A stretch of 61,463 nt of DNA, filler included, from Dugesia japonica (GCA_001938525.1; 5 parts of 5 records of this genome joined end to end with filler, not necessarily neighbours in it), one strand, 5' to 3'. Shown: positions 26,641 to 39,124, counted from the whole stretch's first letter. Translations and numbers: made by a program. The notes: generated from the sequence alone by a model not told the origin.

Positions 26641-27118
26641 GAATTAAATAAAATTATAAAAAAATATTACCGTTAATTTATATTAATAATAAATTTCCAA
26701 TTTTCTTCATATTTTCGGTAACATCTGCTCCATATTCCTCTTCAGAAAAGTTTATAACCTAAAAAATATATTTTTAAATTAATATCTTAAAATTTAAAAA
26801 ATAAACCTATTTCTTCACATAATCGTTTTCTCGATATATATTTCAATATATATATTTTTCTTTTCATAAGTCAAATTATCTAAAAGGAAAATAATAATAA
26901 AAATAATTAAATAAATAAATATAAACTTGCGAAAATTTTTTATTAATTCGTTTTTGATTTGAAGATTAATTTTAAAATTTTGACAAAATCATTTCAATAA
27001 ATTACATTTTTTGCTAATTTTTAATAACCATCCAATCAGATTGCTAGAAAGTCTTAAAAATATCACAAGTATATAGACACTGCCATATTGTATCAACCCC
27101 CCCCAACCAAGGTTAAAT

Positions 27119-27725
27119 TTTTCAAGGTCACTGATACAGTTTAAGCAATTCTGATTGGTGAGAAATTTGAAGGTCGAATTTTCAAGGTCAAACAGATACA
27201 GTATCCTTGATTCTGATTGGTCGAAATATTTTCAAGGTCAAATTGATATAGTATCCTGTGTTCTGATTAGTTGATGTGTTTCAAGGTCAAAGTGATACAA
27301 TATATTTTGATCTGATTGGTTGGAGCATGTCAAGATCTATGTGATATAGTATTCTTTGATCTGATTTGATAGAGCATTACAAGGTCAAAGTAATACAGTA
27401 TCCTTTAATCTGATTGGTCAAAGCTTCTCAAGGTTAAAGGGATAAAATGTCCTATGATTTGATTTGATTAAGGGTTTCAAGGTCAAAGTGATACAGTACT
27501 CTTTGATCTGATTTTTAATAGAGCATTACAAGGTCAAAGTGCTATAATATCCTTTGATCTGATTGATCAAAGCTACTGAAGGCAAAGTCGTATAGTATCC
27601 TATGATTTTATTGGATGAAGTGTTTCAAAGTCAAATTTATACAGTATCCTTTGATCCGATTGGTAGAAGCATTTCAAGGTCAAAGTGATATAGTATCCTG
27701 CGTTCTGATTAGTCGAAGTGTTTTA
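27119..27725. repeat. ~49-bp tandem repeat, about 12 copies (TTTCAAGGTCAAAGTGATACAGTATCCTTTGATCTGATTGGT...)
   Basis: The CAAGGTCA core or variants recur at ~27123, 27183, 27233, 27282, 27331, 27380, 27429, 27478, 27529, 27578, 27626 and 27675. Confidence 0.9.
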
Positions 27726-28299
27726 AGTGTTAGTTCCTCAGGCAGACTTAATATTTGAATTTCCTCCGCAGACTTAATATTAATAAAAAATTTTGTTTTA
27801 ATGTTTTAATTTTATTTTTTGTTTTAATTTTTCATTTTTTTGTCTTTGTTTCAACAAGCAGATAGGAAATTAAAAAGTAAGATAGGATTGACTCATGAAC
27901 CTGTATCTTAAAAAATCTCCTTCCCTATAGAAATCGCGATTAAAGATAAAGTATGTAGATAGTAGCTCTCTAGATCACCCCTCTCCCTACCCCTAGACAA
28001 AGAACCTTTAGAATAAAGAGCGATGAGTCATAGGTATGACTCATCGATTACTACAACAAAGACAATGATTTATCGATGACTAGAACGAAGACAATAAGTC
28101 ATCGTTTTTATATATTATGAGTCATCGTTTTTCTTAAACTTTTTTCAAAAGCAGTGATTAAGTATCCTCGATTCTGATTGGTCAGTGATCCAGTATCATT
28201 GATTCTGATTGGTTGAAAATTTCCAAAGTTTTTGTGATGCCTCATTGTTTTATAGATCACAACTGCAACTATAACAAAGAGCATGAGTCTTACTTTTGT

Positions 28300-29270
28300 A
28301 AGTTAACAAAGACATTATAGGTTTGCAAATATGAAGATAAGTATACAAAGGTCATTTAATAAGTAAATATAAGAGTTTTTATATTATCTAATAGGGTTTT
28401 AAATAGTCTTATTTGGTTTACAAGGTAACTATAGAGTTTTATATGGTAATTATATGGTAATTATATGAATTTAATACAGGTTTATATGGTTTATATATTT
28501 TAATATGGTTTTTGTATGATTTAATAGTTTTATAAGGTAATTATGTAAGGTAGTTTTATAAGATATTCATATGTTTCTATATGATTATTATATATTTTTC
28601 TAAGGTAACTATAGAGTCATTATAAGTTTTTAAAGGTTATTATAAGTTTTTATAAGGTAATTATAGGGTTTCAATAGAAATTTAAATAATTCATGTATTT
28701 TTTATGTTTCTATAGAGTATTTATGTGGTTGTCTTTGTTATTATATTGTTTTTTATAGGAATTGTAATATTTTTAGAGTAAATATAAGGTTTTATATATT
28801 CTCATTATGCTTTTATAAGGTTTAATATGGTAATAAAATATATGTTTTATTAGGTAATCATATGTTTTATAGAATAAATATTTGCTTTTATATGAGCTTA
28901 TTAATGAATTGCTTTAAAATTACATATATTTTAATAAAAGGTTACCAAATGTCATGTAACAATTTCAAAATCTCATATAAAACCTAGGGAAAATAACTCC
29001 AAAATTTAGTAGATGTCTCAAAAAAAATTCAAAAAGTAACCAGAGATCCGGTTTCTATGAGGTTTTTTTAGATAATTATTGGGTTTTATAACGTGATTAC
29101 ATAGTAATTGTTTTATTATAAAGTTTTATAGGTTGATAGGGTAATTATATAGTAATTATAAAGTTATTATAACGGTTTATATGGTATTATAATGTTTTAC
29201 TAGGTTTTTATCAGAATTATAGGGTTTTATATGTTATTATTGTGTTTTGTAGAGTTTATATGTGCGTACT
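28300..29270. repeat. Strand-skewed low-complexity repeat (ATAAGGTxxTTATA-like)
   Basis: C-poor, T/G-rich stretch with recurring AAGGTAATTATA and GGTTTTATA motifs. Confidence 0.6.
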
Positions 29271-29324
29271 GATCAAATATTTTGAAATTGAATAAATTTC
29301 CATATAATGTTTTGAAATAATTGC

Positions 29325-29612
29325 ATGTACGTCTATGTAATATTTTCAAACATAACATATATGTCTATGCAATATTTTCCAACATAACATAGATGTCTAT
29401 GTAATAATTTCAAACATAACATATATGTCGCCAAACGTGTACAAAATCTTATGGAAAACATATTAAAAATAACACAAATATTGCATGAAAGTCAATAAAA
29501 TTTTACATAAATTGCATATACATCTATATTATATTTTCAAACATAACATAGATGTCTATGTTATATTCTCAGACATGGTTTAGATGTCTATGTAATATTT
29601 TTAAACATAACT
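29325..29612. repeat. ~32-bp minisatellite (GTCTATGTAATATTTTCAAACATAACATAxAT)
   Basis: Units at ~29331, 29363, 29395, 29522, 29554 and 29586. Confidence 0.85.
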
Positions 29613-29859
29613 ATCAAAAAACCTAATAGAGCTTCATACACAGTAAACTAATTGAGTATTATACACAGTAACCCAATGGATATTATATACACAATAAACC
29701 ATATAAAGTCATTAAATTCATACAATAAATCAAAAAGGTTCTTATAATACACACATTAAGATCTATAAAATCATATATTACACACAATTAACCCAATATA
29801 GTGATGTAATACACACATAATATACTCTATATATTCATATAATAATCTGTGACTGTATT

Positions 29860-32300
29860 TTATATTTTGCTGACCTCTTGTTTCCGACAGTGGTCCACAA
29901 ACATCTGTAAATAACAGTTCAAAAATTTCGGCTGGCTGCGTCTTTTTCGTTTCTTTCTTCGTTTTTGTTGTCCACACTTTAGCTTTCTAGCATGTTATAC
30001 AGCTTTAGACAATCTCTTGTACTTTGCTCTACAAATCTTTCGCGTTATATTTATGTTTTATATACGCTGCAACCGTTTCTGCTCCAGCATGACACAAAAG
30101 ATGGCGTATCCTCATTATAACTTTTTCTACTTTATCATCAGAAATACTTGTTCTTTCATCATTTTCTCCGAAAACACCTTGTTTTTCTTGAATATCTACT
30201 GTATTTAACATCCTTGTTTTTAATTTTCCACTTTTGGGATTTTCATGTGACATTAGAAATTGTTCACATCTATTGCCTTTACTCCTTGACAACATATCTG
30301 CATTTGTATAAAGCGATACTTTTCTTTATTCCAATTTTATATCTAAACTGCTCAAATAATAATTCCAGGTTTGAAACTTTGGNGTAATCGGCTTCTTGGT
30401 ATGTAGCATAAAAATGATGGCTTTAAGGTCTGTTCTGAAGATAAATCTCTTTCTATACAAGTAATGTTTGAAATGAATACAAAAGTAGTAAATTTCGAGC
30501 AATCTTTCCGTGTAGTAGAATATCCTTTATCATGACTCGTCATTGCATGTGACTCATATGCAATTACTCTTTCTTGTCCATTGTTGTCCATTTGAGATAG
30601 TACTGCTCCAATCGTATCGAAACTCGCATCTTTGTCCAAAATAAATCTTCTATTTATATCTAGAAAACATAATATTGGAGACACCATTAGTGCTTCTTTC
30701 ATTCCATTAAAAACGTCTTCTAATTCGTTCGCCCATTCAATTTTCTTGTTACTTGGCCCACTACACAGTTGTTCCAGCAATCAAGGTTATTTCGAATAAT
30801 CTTTAAAAAACATCGATAATAATTGCAAATTCATAAAGGCTTCTTATGTTCTTAACGCATTTTGGTTTACCAAAGTTCTTAATTGCTTCTATTTTAGTTG
30901 GATCAGTTTTGACATCTTCTTTACTGATAACGCGTCCCAGAAATTCGATCTCCTTTTTCATGAATTGACATTTCTCCGGATTAACTCGAATACCCACCTT
31001 CTTAATTTCTGTTAATATTTTACTGATTATTTCAAAGTGTTGCCACTTTGTTTCGGTAAATATGAGAATATCGTCTAAATAAACCATTGCTCCTTTTTTT
31101 CGACTACTTTATTCATAATTTCCTGGAACGTACATGGCGCTGCTGCAATTCTAAAAAGTATTCTATTGAAACAAAATTGCCATTTCTTGGTCGAAAAAGC
31201 CGTCTTTTCTTGAAAATCTTCACTGAGTTCCACTTGGTGTTATGCATTGTTCAAGTCTATTGAGCTAAAATACTGGGTACCTTCCAAAGCATCTAGCATT
31301 TTATCTGCATTTTGCATAGAAAAAGCTTATCTTTCTGTTACTCCATTGAGCTATCTAAAGTCTAAGCATAATCTTATATCCTTTTTTTCCTTTTTTCAAA
31401 CACAGATTAATGGCGTATTCCATTGCGAATTACACTTCTGGATGATAGCAGTATCATATAGATTCTTGATGACCTCTTTAATCTTTTTCTCTAGATTCAT
31501 TGGCTGGCGATATGGTTTAATGTTGATTGGACGTTCTTTAGTGATTATTCGATGCTCTGTTAAGTCTGTACATTCAATGTCCCATTTATCCGCCATAAAT
31601 ACATCCTCATTATTCTGAATAATCGCAGTCAATGTATGATCTTTGTTAATTTTTAGAATCTCTATTCCATGTCTCAATCGTTCACCCGTCTGTATTTGCC
31701 TTCCAAATTTTGCCTCGATATTACAAACAAATTTTTCTCGATAATTATTGATGTCTACTCTGCATGATTTTTGAAGATGATATCCAATGGTATTCTGAAA
31801 TTCCACTCCAACAATTAGATCTGGTATTAATTTCTCTACTATTACAAATGTTACTTGCTTGCACATCTCTTAAAATATAACTTTTACACGTATCTTTCAA
31901 AGTGTTTCCAATGAGGTATGTTTCGCGCAATGCAATCGTTCCTCGCTTTTCTCTAACTTTGTTTCTCCAAGTCTATTAAATCCTTTCATGCTCATCACGT
32001 TTACTCTTGCTCCAGTATCCAAAGAACAATCAAACTGATCACCGCTGATCATCACTAAAATGCTAGGTGTTCCTTGCATTTTATCATACAAAATTTCTAC
32101 ATTCTATTTCTCTTCAATTATTCCTATCACTTCTGCTTTGTTAACTTTAGCATCATTAAAACTTTATCTTTTTAGGAATCTGTAAATCTTTTTCTCCCAC
32201 TTTACTCGTTTCATCCCATTTCTCGTCCTTTTGAGGATATTCAAAACAGTAAACATTGATATGGCGTTTCCTTTTTTGGATAAGAGTGTACATTGTTCAA
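29860..32300 (-). mobile_element. Decayed Ty3/gypsy pol (protease, RT, RNase H, integrase N-terminus)
   Basis: LDTGARVNVM (protease); HRIITKERPINIKPYRQP and VYLDDILIF (RT); FILDKDASFDTIGAVLSQ (RNase H); HLLCHAG and ELLFTDVCGPL (integrase). Confidence 0.95.
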
Positions 32301-32664
32301 GAGTGTAAATCTGCCCGCTAAATTCAATTGGTTGAGTTAATCTTTTGATTGACTTGAAAAATTAGATTAAGATAAATAAAAGCAATGAACACAATATGTA
32401 ATTCAAACAAGTAAATGAATTGAATGTATAGGTTAAATGAATGTATCGGGTTCATTGAATGTACTAGGTTTATTGACAGTATAGTGTTAATGAATGTGTT
32501 GAGTTTAATGATTTATATTGGTATGATATATAAATATGTTGACAAATTTTCCATTATGATATTAAACAATTGATAAAAGATTTGACTTATACAAACGAAT
32601 AACAAATTTTCAAAATTTAAAAAGATTATATTTATTGCAAACAAGACATATTTAAGATTTTAAN

Positions 32665-32763
32665 NNNNNNNNNNNNNNNNNNNNNNNNNNNNNNNNNNNN
32701 NNNNNNNTTAATTAATTAANNNNNNNNNNNNNNNNNNNNNNNNNNNNNNNNNNNNNNNNNNNN
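32665..32763. other. Artificial contig spacer N-TTAATTAATTAA-N
   Basis: Same 12-mer in Ns. Confidence 0.95.
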
Positions 32764-32952
32764 TACCGCATTAGGTGATATCAATTGTTTTTGCAGCCAC
32801 ACTTACGTTCTCTACATGGTTAATAATATTGCTCCGACTAGGTCATAATAGTCTAAAGTTGGTACTGTGGTTATTACTATTGCGAGTAGTCTTAGCACTA
32901 CTAATAATTTTAAGATGGTTGTTAACATATTTTTTGTTATTATTCTCATTTC

Positions 32953-32953
<1 letters not shown>

Positions 32954-33018
<65 letters not shown>

Positions 33019-33170
33019 NNNNNNNNNNNNNNNNNNNNNNNNNNNNNNNNNNNNNNNNNNNNNNNNNNNNNNNNNNNNNNNNNNNNNNNNNNNNNNNNNN
33101 NNNNNNNNNNNNNNNNNNNNNNNNNNNNNNNNNNNNNNNNNNNNNNNNNNNNNNNNNNNNNNNNNNNNNN
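32954..33170. repeat. (ATT)n microsatellite, partly gapped
   Basis: Direct inspection. Confidence 0.95.
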
Positions 33171-33515
33171 TGATTATGATCATATTCGCACTTAATCCCG
33201 TTGTCAATAATTAGAATCATTGACATGAATACTATTTCCGGGTGGATGACATCATTTAATAATTTGGTCAACGGAGTATGGAAGTTTAGGACGACGTGCT
33301 GGAAATTACTTTACTTATTTTCGATAATAGATTTAATGATTACCCGTTTAAGCATTAGTTTTTGAACATTTATGATCAAAAGCCTCACTACTATGAACTG
33401 CCAGTATCGACATTTTGTCAAAAAGGTCTTCTTTGTAGATGTATTTTTATTCATACCCATAATAATCTTTTTACGCTAAACGTACTTTCCAAAATTAATC
33501 CTATTATTTAGTAAT

Positions 33516-33702
33516 ATGCCAGGAGAAAAGCGTAATCATTTACGTCTAATTCTCAAAGCCCGAAGATCAGTGCGGCTGAATCAATTTATTGGATATCTCC
33601 TTTTTCCTGAATTATTGGAGAACTCTGATGAGACATATTTTAAGCTGTTTCCAGGAAGTGTTTTCTATAGAATTCGATGTTGATGTAGATCGTGACTCTT
33701 AA
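33516..33702 (+). pseudogene. ORF-A of copy L (~61 aa, one frameshift)
   Basis: MPGEKRNHLRLILKARRSVRLNQFIGYLLFPELLENSDETY/SCFQEVFSIEFDVDVDRDS aligns with the ORF at 39784-39966. Confidence 0.7.
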
Positions 33703-33868
33703 GTCGGAATAATTTCATATTATTGATATTTACTAAATAAAATCCTTGTCCTTTATTTGCTGTTAAGATTTACTTCTTATAATTGCTGTTTTTACAAATT
33801 TTACTTTAGAATTTATTAAACGCTCTGTTTAGATTTTACGTTAATTCTTATTTAGTGACTCAATATCG

Positions 33869-34247
33869 TTGAAGTTTAGTACTAGACCAGCTTACCAGCC
33901 GTATGGTGTTTAAGAGGTTCACTAACCCCTGCAATAGGGATGCAGGAGTATTGATGGATCGTTTCAATCTGCCGAATTGGGATGCGAACGTCGAAAGACG
34001 AGCCGATGCAGCAAACTGACAACTTTAATACAACTTGACAGGCCCCGATCAGAATGTCTCACTCATTCCTCCTTTTCCTTCATCACCTACACGAAAAGAT
34101 TTAGAAGATTATTTCGGTTTACAGATTTTCAGCATCATGTTTGCACCTCGTGAATAATTTTCTCCAGTACTCGAACTTTGTTTCTTCCGTGTTTATCGTC
34201 GATTAAACGACCCTGATCGTTTCGTTGCTACTCTTATTGTTATATGA
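33869..34247 (+). pseudogene. ORF-B of copy L (in-frame stops)
   Basis: LDQLTSRMVFKRFTNPCNRDAGVLMDRFNLP...YNLTGPDQ aligns with LDTHSGQTAFKRYQNPYNRDASVLADRSNVP...YSWCGPER of 39125-39541. Confidence 0.75.
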
Positions 34248-34249
34248 CA

Positions 34250-35700
34250 TAAAATAAATGTGGCATTATCTAAATATAGTAAAAATTGTCCAATTGCGAT
34301 TGCATGGTTTGATATAAAGGATGCTTTTGGTAGTGTTCCACACTTTTACTTATTTGCATTGCTACAATATATTGGGGTTGAAATGATTTTATTAACATCC
34401 TAGAACTCCTATTCTCTGATACATTCTCATTTTATACTTCAAACAGGGCTGCTCATTATTTATAATCCTATTTAATTTGGCAATCAATCCAGTTCTCCAA
34501 TCAATTTCTGCATCCAACACAAAACCTTTTATGATAGGTTCATCAAAAATTCAGACTCTTGTATATGCGGATTATTTGGCACTCGTTGCAACTAATACTG
34601 AAGATCTTTATAAAATAATAAATATAGCAATAGAAACTCCAAGAATCATTGGATTTGAATTTCGTCCAGATAAACGCGCTTATCCTCAACTACCTCAAAC
34701 CAACTTCACCAGCGAATTCTCTATAAATGATAAGAAAATTAAAAAATTAGCTACAAAATAATTTTATCAATATCTTGGCGTTCCGGTCAGAGATAGAAAT
34801 GACCAAAGTCCTCATGAGACGAAACAACAAGTCATTGATGATTTAACAAAAATTGCGGATTCAGACTTACTAGGATGGCAGAAGCTAAAGGCATACAAAG
34901 TATTCCTACATTTTAGACTAACATTTGCATTCCAAACGCGCGAAATCAAAATAAGCGCTCTTAGCAATCCTCAGAATAATCCAAATGTCAGTAACAACAA
35001 TACCAGTAAAGTTCATTTCTAACTTAGACATATATTAAATCTTCCGAAACGATCTGAAATTCTATACTTCTACAATTCAACCGAAAATGGAGGAGCTGCT
35101 TGAGTCGATCTGTTGGATGAATATCAAATTCAATGTGTTGTGAAATATTTTAAATTACTTACCTCAAGATGCATGTACACAAACAAAAACAATATAGACT
35201 CCTTGTGTCTCGCAGCAAGTTCATGAATAAACAAACTAAACCCATCTCTAAATGAATGTCTCGAATAGGATAAATGGGGAAAAAGCATTGAAAAACTCAA
35301 ATGCAAAGAAAATGCACTTTCAGCAAATAAGAACTGCAATAAATTTCTTCAAAAGGTTTCATGATACAGATATATCGTTTAAAGTACTTAATAAAGAAAT
35401 AGTCCTTTATATGACAAACAAGACAAGAGGAACCTATGTTATTACTCATACCTCTCGTAAAGAAATTTCAAATATTATTCACAACGTACTCTTTGATTCA
35501 TACTCTGAAAAATGGAAAAAAAGCAAAGTAAGCAACTTGATATTCTCAGCTATTCAAATGAGCCATATTGTTAATAAAATGATTTTCAAAAGTGACCTCA
35601 ATGAATTTCCGTGGAATTTCATTCACAGTGCACGAACAAACTCCCTATCGATACGTGGTAGATCCTTTTATAACTTCCAATATTGAAGAATAGTATTTGA
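34250..35700 (+). mobile_element. Decayed early-branching non-LTR retrotransposon RT (R2/NeSL/R4-like)
   Basis: IAWFDIKDAFGSVPH, LVYADYLAL (YADD box), FYQYLGVPV, LTGWQKLKAYKVFL, ENGGAA and HSARTNSL. The LxPWQK-type motif is typical of restriction-like-endonuclease clades. Confidence 0.85.
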
Positions 35701-36678
35701 AGAATTGAAGAAACATGTGTGGGTTCCATGTAGATCCAAAAACAAGACTGTTAGTTTATTCAAATTTGTTATATTTAATAAATTTTATTATTAGAATTTT
35801 AATTCTTTGGTTACTACTCTAATTGTTGTATGGCATATATCAGTTTTTCTCCTAAATAAAATAATACCAAATTTGAAATCATACGAGTTATGTACACAGA
35901 GAAAATTGAGTACAAAAAGTCAAAATTTGAGATTTTTCACCATAAAACCCTATTTATTTCATCGAGTATTGACTTTGGCGATTTTAGGTTAACATATTTC
36001 GAATCAGCGTAAATTTCTCTATCTAATAGATACTTTCTTAACTTATTTGAAAAGGAAAAAATTTTCAAAAAATTTTTATTTCTGATAAATGATCGCCGTA
36101 AAATTCTCAACAGTTTGGTATACAAATCTTTGGAATCTGAGATATAGAACATATTTTTTCAAAATTTTAGACTGTTCACCAGATTCACATAAAAATTTCA
36201 TTTAAAAAATTTTAAATTTTCATATTATTTAAACAACATGAACGGTTTGCCCGGATTCCTTTAAAACAATCCGATAAAAATTCTTTAAAAACTTTTAAAC
36301 AAATTAGACTGTTATCATGAATTTCCTTAAAAATGTTATTTCCTTTTTAAAAATGTTATCCCCTTTTTAAATTTCTTTTAAAAATTTATCCCCGTTTTAA
36401 AAGGGGGGAGGGGGGCCTTTTTAGGGATAAAATCAAGAGGCGATATGCGCCACTGTCTATCTTCCTTGTTGCTACCTGGATTTAGTAACTATGTTGGGGA
36501 ATTTCATTATTCCTTATGTGGAACAATTTTTTGTTTCATTTAAAAGCCTTCGGTTTAGATTTTAGCAATGCCGTTAAAATACTTATACTCTTTCCTTAGT
36601 GAGTTTGACCCGGAAACAGTCTGTGGCTCCCAATAAAAAGTGACTTAAAAAAACAAGTTACTTAAAAAGGACTTAAAA

Positions 36679-36966
36679 ATGTCTTGGGAGCCTTACAAAT
36701 TTTCTAAGCGAAAATGGAAGGCCGAGATCAATACTGAAAAAGCCAAGTCAAGTTTATATCGAAGAAAATGTAGTGAGTATAAAGCGGAATCAGAGGCATC
36801 CCGTGAGCAGGAGCGTATTTGGAAACGCCAGCTCGAATCATTCGCTGACGTAATCCGGTCCCTCCATGACCGTGAGATTAAACTGGTAACTGACCTACTA
36901 GAATTTAGGAAGAATATTCCGATAGAACCATTAATGATTAACAAGGCAACTCAAACACGAAATTAA
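36679..36966 (+). CDS. ORF-C of copy L: 95-aa coiled-coil protein ending in KATQT
   Basis: Intact ORF; homologous to the frameshifted ORF at 38621-38913. Confidence 0.7.
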   Translation: MSWEPYKFSKRKWKAEINTEKAKSSLYRRKCSEYKAESEASREQERIWKRQLESFADVIRSLHDREIKLVTDLLEFRKNIPIEPLMINKATQTRN

Positions 36967-37073
36967 TGTATTCTTTGGCTTAAATAAATTGTTTTGTTAA
37001 CTCTCTTGTTAATTCGATTAGTTCGCTTTATATATTTCGTACCTGATTTTCTGATTGAAATTCTTGTATTTAG

Positions 37074-37424
37074 GGCCAAGAGTTGGACTACCAAATTCTC
37101 TGCGCATGTGTCACAAGTTGTTGACCAAATTCATCATCGAACGCCACTAAAATATGCAAACGTTTGCTGTTACGGTTCCTTTCCCAAAAGAATCGCCTTA
37201 TAAAAAAACTTGAATTAGTAAACAAGAAGCAATTAGCGATTGTCAACCGGACAAACTTGCAGCTAACTAATAAGATCGCCTTTCTTAAACAATATATTAC
37301 CGATCTGGCTTCACACCTCGAGTTGGAGACCTGGTCACAATAGAATAATGGCGACGACGAGGCCGCGTTCAATTTCAAAGACAACGCGCCAATCGAATGG
37401 CTCGATCCAGGAGCTTTCTATTAA
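37074..37424 (+). pseudogene. ORF-D of copy L (coiled coil, disrupted)
   Basis: LPNSLRMCHKLLTKFIIERH...RLIKKLE...KIAFLKQYITDLASHL...NNGDDEAAFNFKDNAPIEWLDPG. Confidence 0.7.
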
Positions 37425-37625
37425 ATGTAGAAAAATAAATCTTACTTAATGTACGAGTTGTCTTCCTTTTAAATCTATTATTAATTAAGAGGAAATTTTA
37501 ACCCGCATTCAAGGTGTACAGTGAAAGCTAAAATGAGGGACATTAGGTTAAATTCTTCGTGGGGTCCACTGAGGGCTGTCTTTTCCCCCAGCCATATTTT
37601 TCTATTCCCAACTCAGATGGGACCC

Positions 37626-37627
<2 letters not shown>

Positions 37628-37695
<68 letters not shown>

Positions 37696-37745
37696 NNNNN
37701 NNNNNNNNNNNNNNNNNNNNNNNNNNNNNNNNNNNNNNNNNNNNN

Positions 37746-37795
<50 letters not shown>
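37628..37795. repeat. (AAT)n microsatellite between the two element ends, with a 50-N gap
   Basis: Direct inspection. Confidence 0.95.
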
Positions 37796-37797
<2 letters not shown>

Positions 37798-38039
37798 TTG
37801 GGGTTCTAACTGAGTTGGGGGAAAGAAAGCGTGGCTGGGGAAATACAGCCCTCAGGGAACCTTTTCAAGAATTTAAATCCAATGCCCCTTAGTTGGATAT
37901 TCAATGCAGAGCGGTTGACCTTCAATCTTTATGGGAGGTTCACACTCGTACACCTTTAATTTTGGTTCATTAATTTCCCTTATAGACATAGATAAAAAAT
38001 TAGACAAAAGTTTTCAAAAACATCTATTAACATTACAAC

Positions 38040-38416
38040 TTATAGGTCTTCCATTACACCGGGATCTAACCACTGATTCGGGCCAGTCTCCCAAAAGTCA
38101 AACGTGGCTATGTCGTCACTATTATTCAATTGTACCTAAGCAGGGTTTCCCATTTGGCTTGACAGGTCAGCTATATACTGTTTTAAGAAATCTATCTTTC
38201 GTTGTAATATTTGTTTGTTTTGTGCTTCGAGAGCCATGGTTTGGGCAGCCAAATCATTCTGTTTTTTAATCACTTAATCTAATTTCTTTTTTAGTCGGTC
38301 TCGTTGGGTGAAATGTCTTAGAAGGGTCCGTTCGGTCTTATTCTTTAAATGGCGTTCTAACAACAAGCGACGCATAATCCGGTGACACCTCCGTAAACTT
38401 GTTGGAAATACAATTC
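38040..38416 (-). pseudogene. ORF-D of copy R (two in-frame stops)
   Basis: FPTSLRRCHRIMRRLLLERH...RLKKKLD*...KIDFLKQYIADLSSQM...NNSDDIATFDFWETGPNQWLDPG. Confidence 0.7.
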
Positions 38417-38620
38417 NNNNNNNNNNNNNNNNNNNNNNNNNNNNNNNNNNNNNNNNNNNNNNNNNNGGAAATACAATTCGTGGCACTAAATAATTAAGCA
38501 TTAACAATAGGGAAGAAATAATGAATATTATCGATATTGAGCTTATCTAATCAAAATTTAGGTGTTACATGCTAAGACAAAGACTACTACATACAAATTT
38601 TTATTCGCAGAACAGAAAGT

Positions 38621-38913
38621 TTAGTCACGTGGGGTGGATTTTGTCTGTGTGCTCTTATCAACCATGAGAGGTTCGAGGTACGATTTTTCTCTAAGGTGCA
38701 AGATATCCTTGACCAGTTTATTTTCACGGTCATGGCTGGACCAGCTGATCTCGTCGAACGACTCTACCTGCGATTTCTTTCTTGGTCGTGCGCAGCTTCC
38801 ATTTCTTTGCGTACGGTAACACATTTATTCCTATAACGCTTCACTTTTGCGTTGGCAGTGGATATCTCAGCTTCGAATCGCCGTTTCGCCAGTCGATATA
38901 ACTCCCAGGACAT
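38621..38913 (-). pseudogene. ORF-C of copy R (one frameshift), ending in DKSTQT
   Basis: MSWELYRLAKRRFEAEISTANAK...HDQER / QVESFDEISWSSHDRENKLVKDILHLREKSYLEPLMVDKSTQT. Confidence 0.75.
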
Positions 38914-39124
38914 TTCGGTGTCCTCGCTGGAGTCTCTCATCTGCTTATTAGGGGCCGATGAACGGTTTAATGATGAATGCACTATAACATAAATATAATA
39001 AAATAATGGAATCTAAATAAGACTGTCTATGGTTAAAAAAACAAAAGCAGTATGGGGTCTTAACCAATCAAACAATAAAAGGAAAAAAAATAATTCCTAA
39101 CTAAACATTTATTTTTTGGCCAAG

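Larger units (their letters stand above)
33171..37627 (+). mobile_element. Unrecognised multi-ORF element, copy L, interrupted by a non-LTR RT insertion
   Basis: ORF remnants Z (~33171-33430), A (33516-33702), B (~33869-34247), C (36679-36966) and D (~37074-37424) are each similar, in the same order, to minus-strand ORFs in 37796-40700. The element ends at (AAT)n. Confidence 0.75.

Noticed and set aside
27119-27725. Regularly spaced repeat resembling a CRISPR array
   Set aside because: Whole units are homologous with no unique spacers, there are no cas genes, and the context is eukaryotic.
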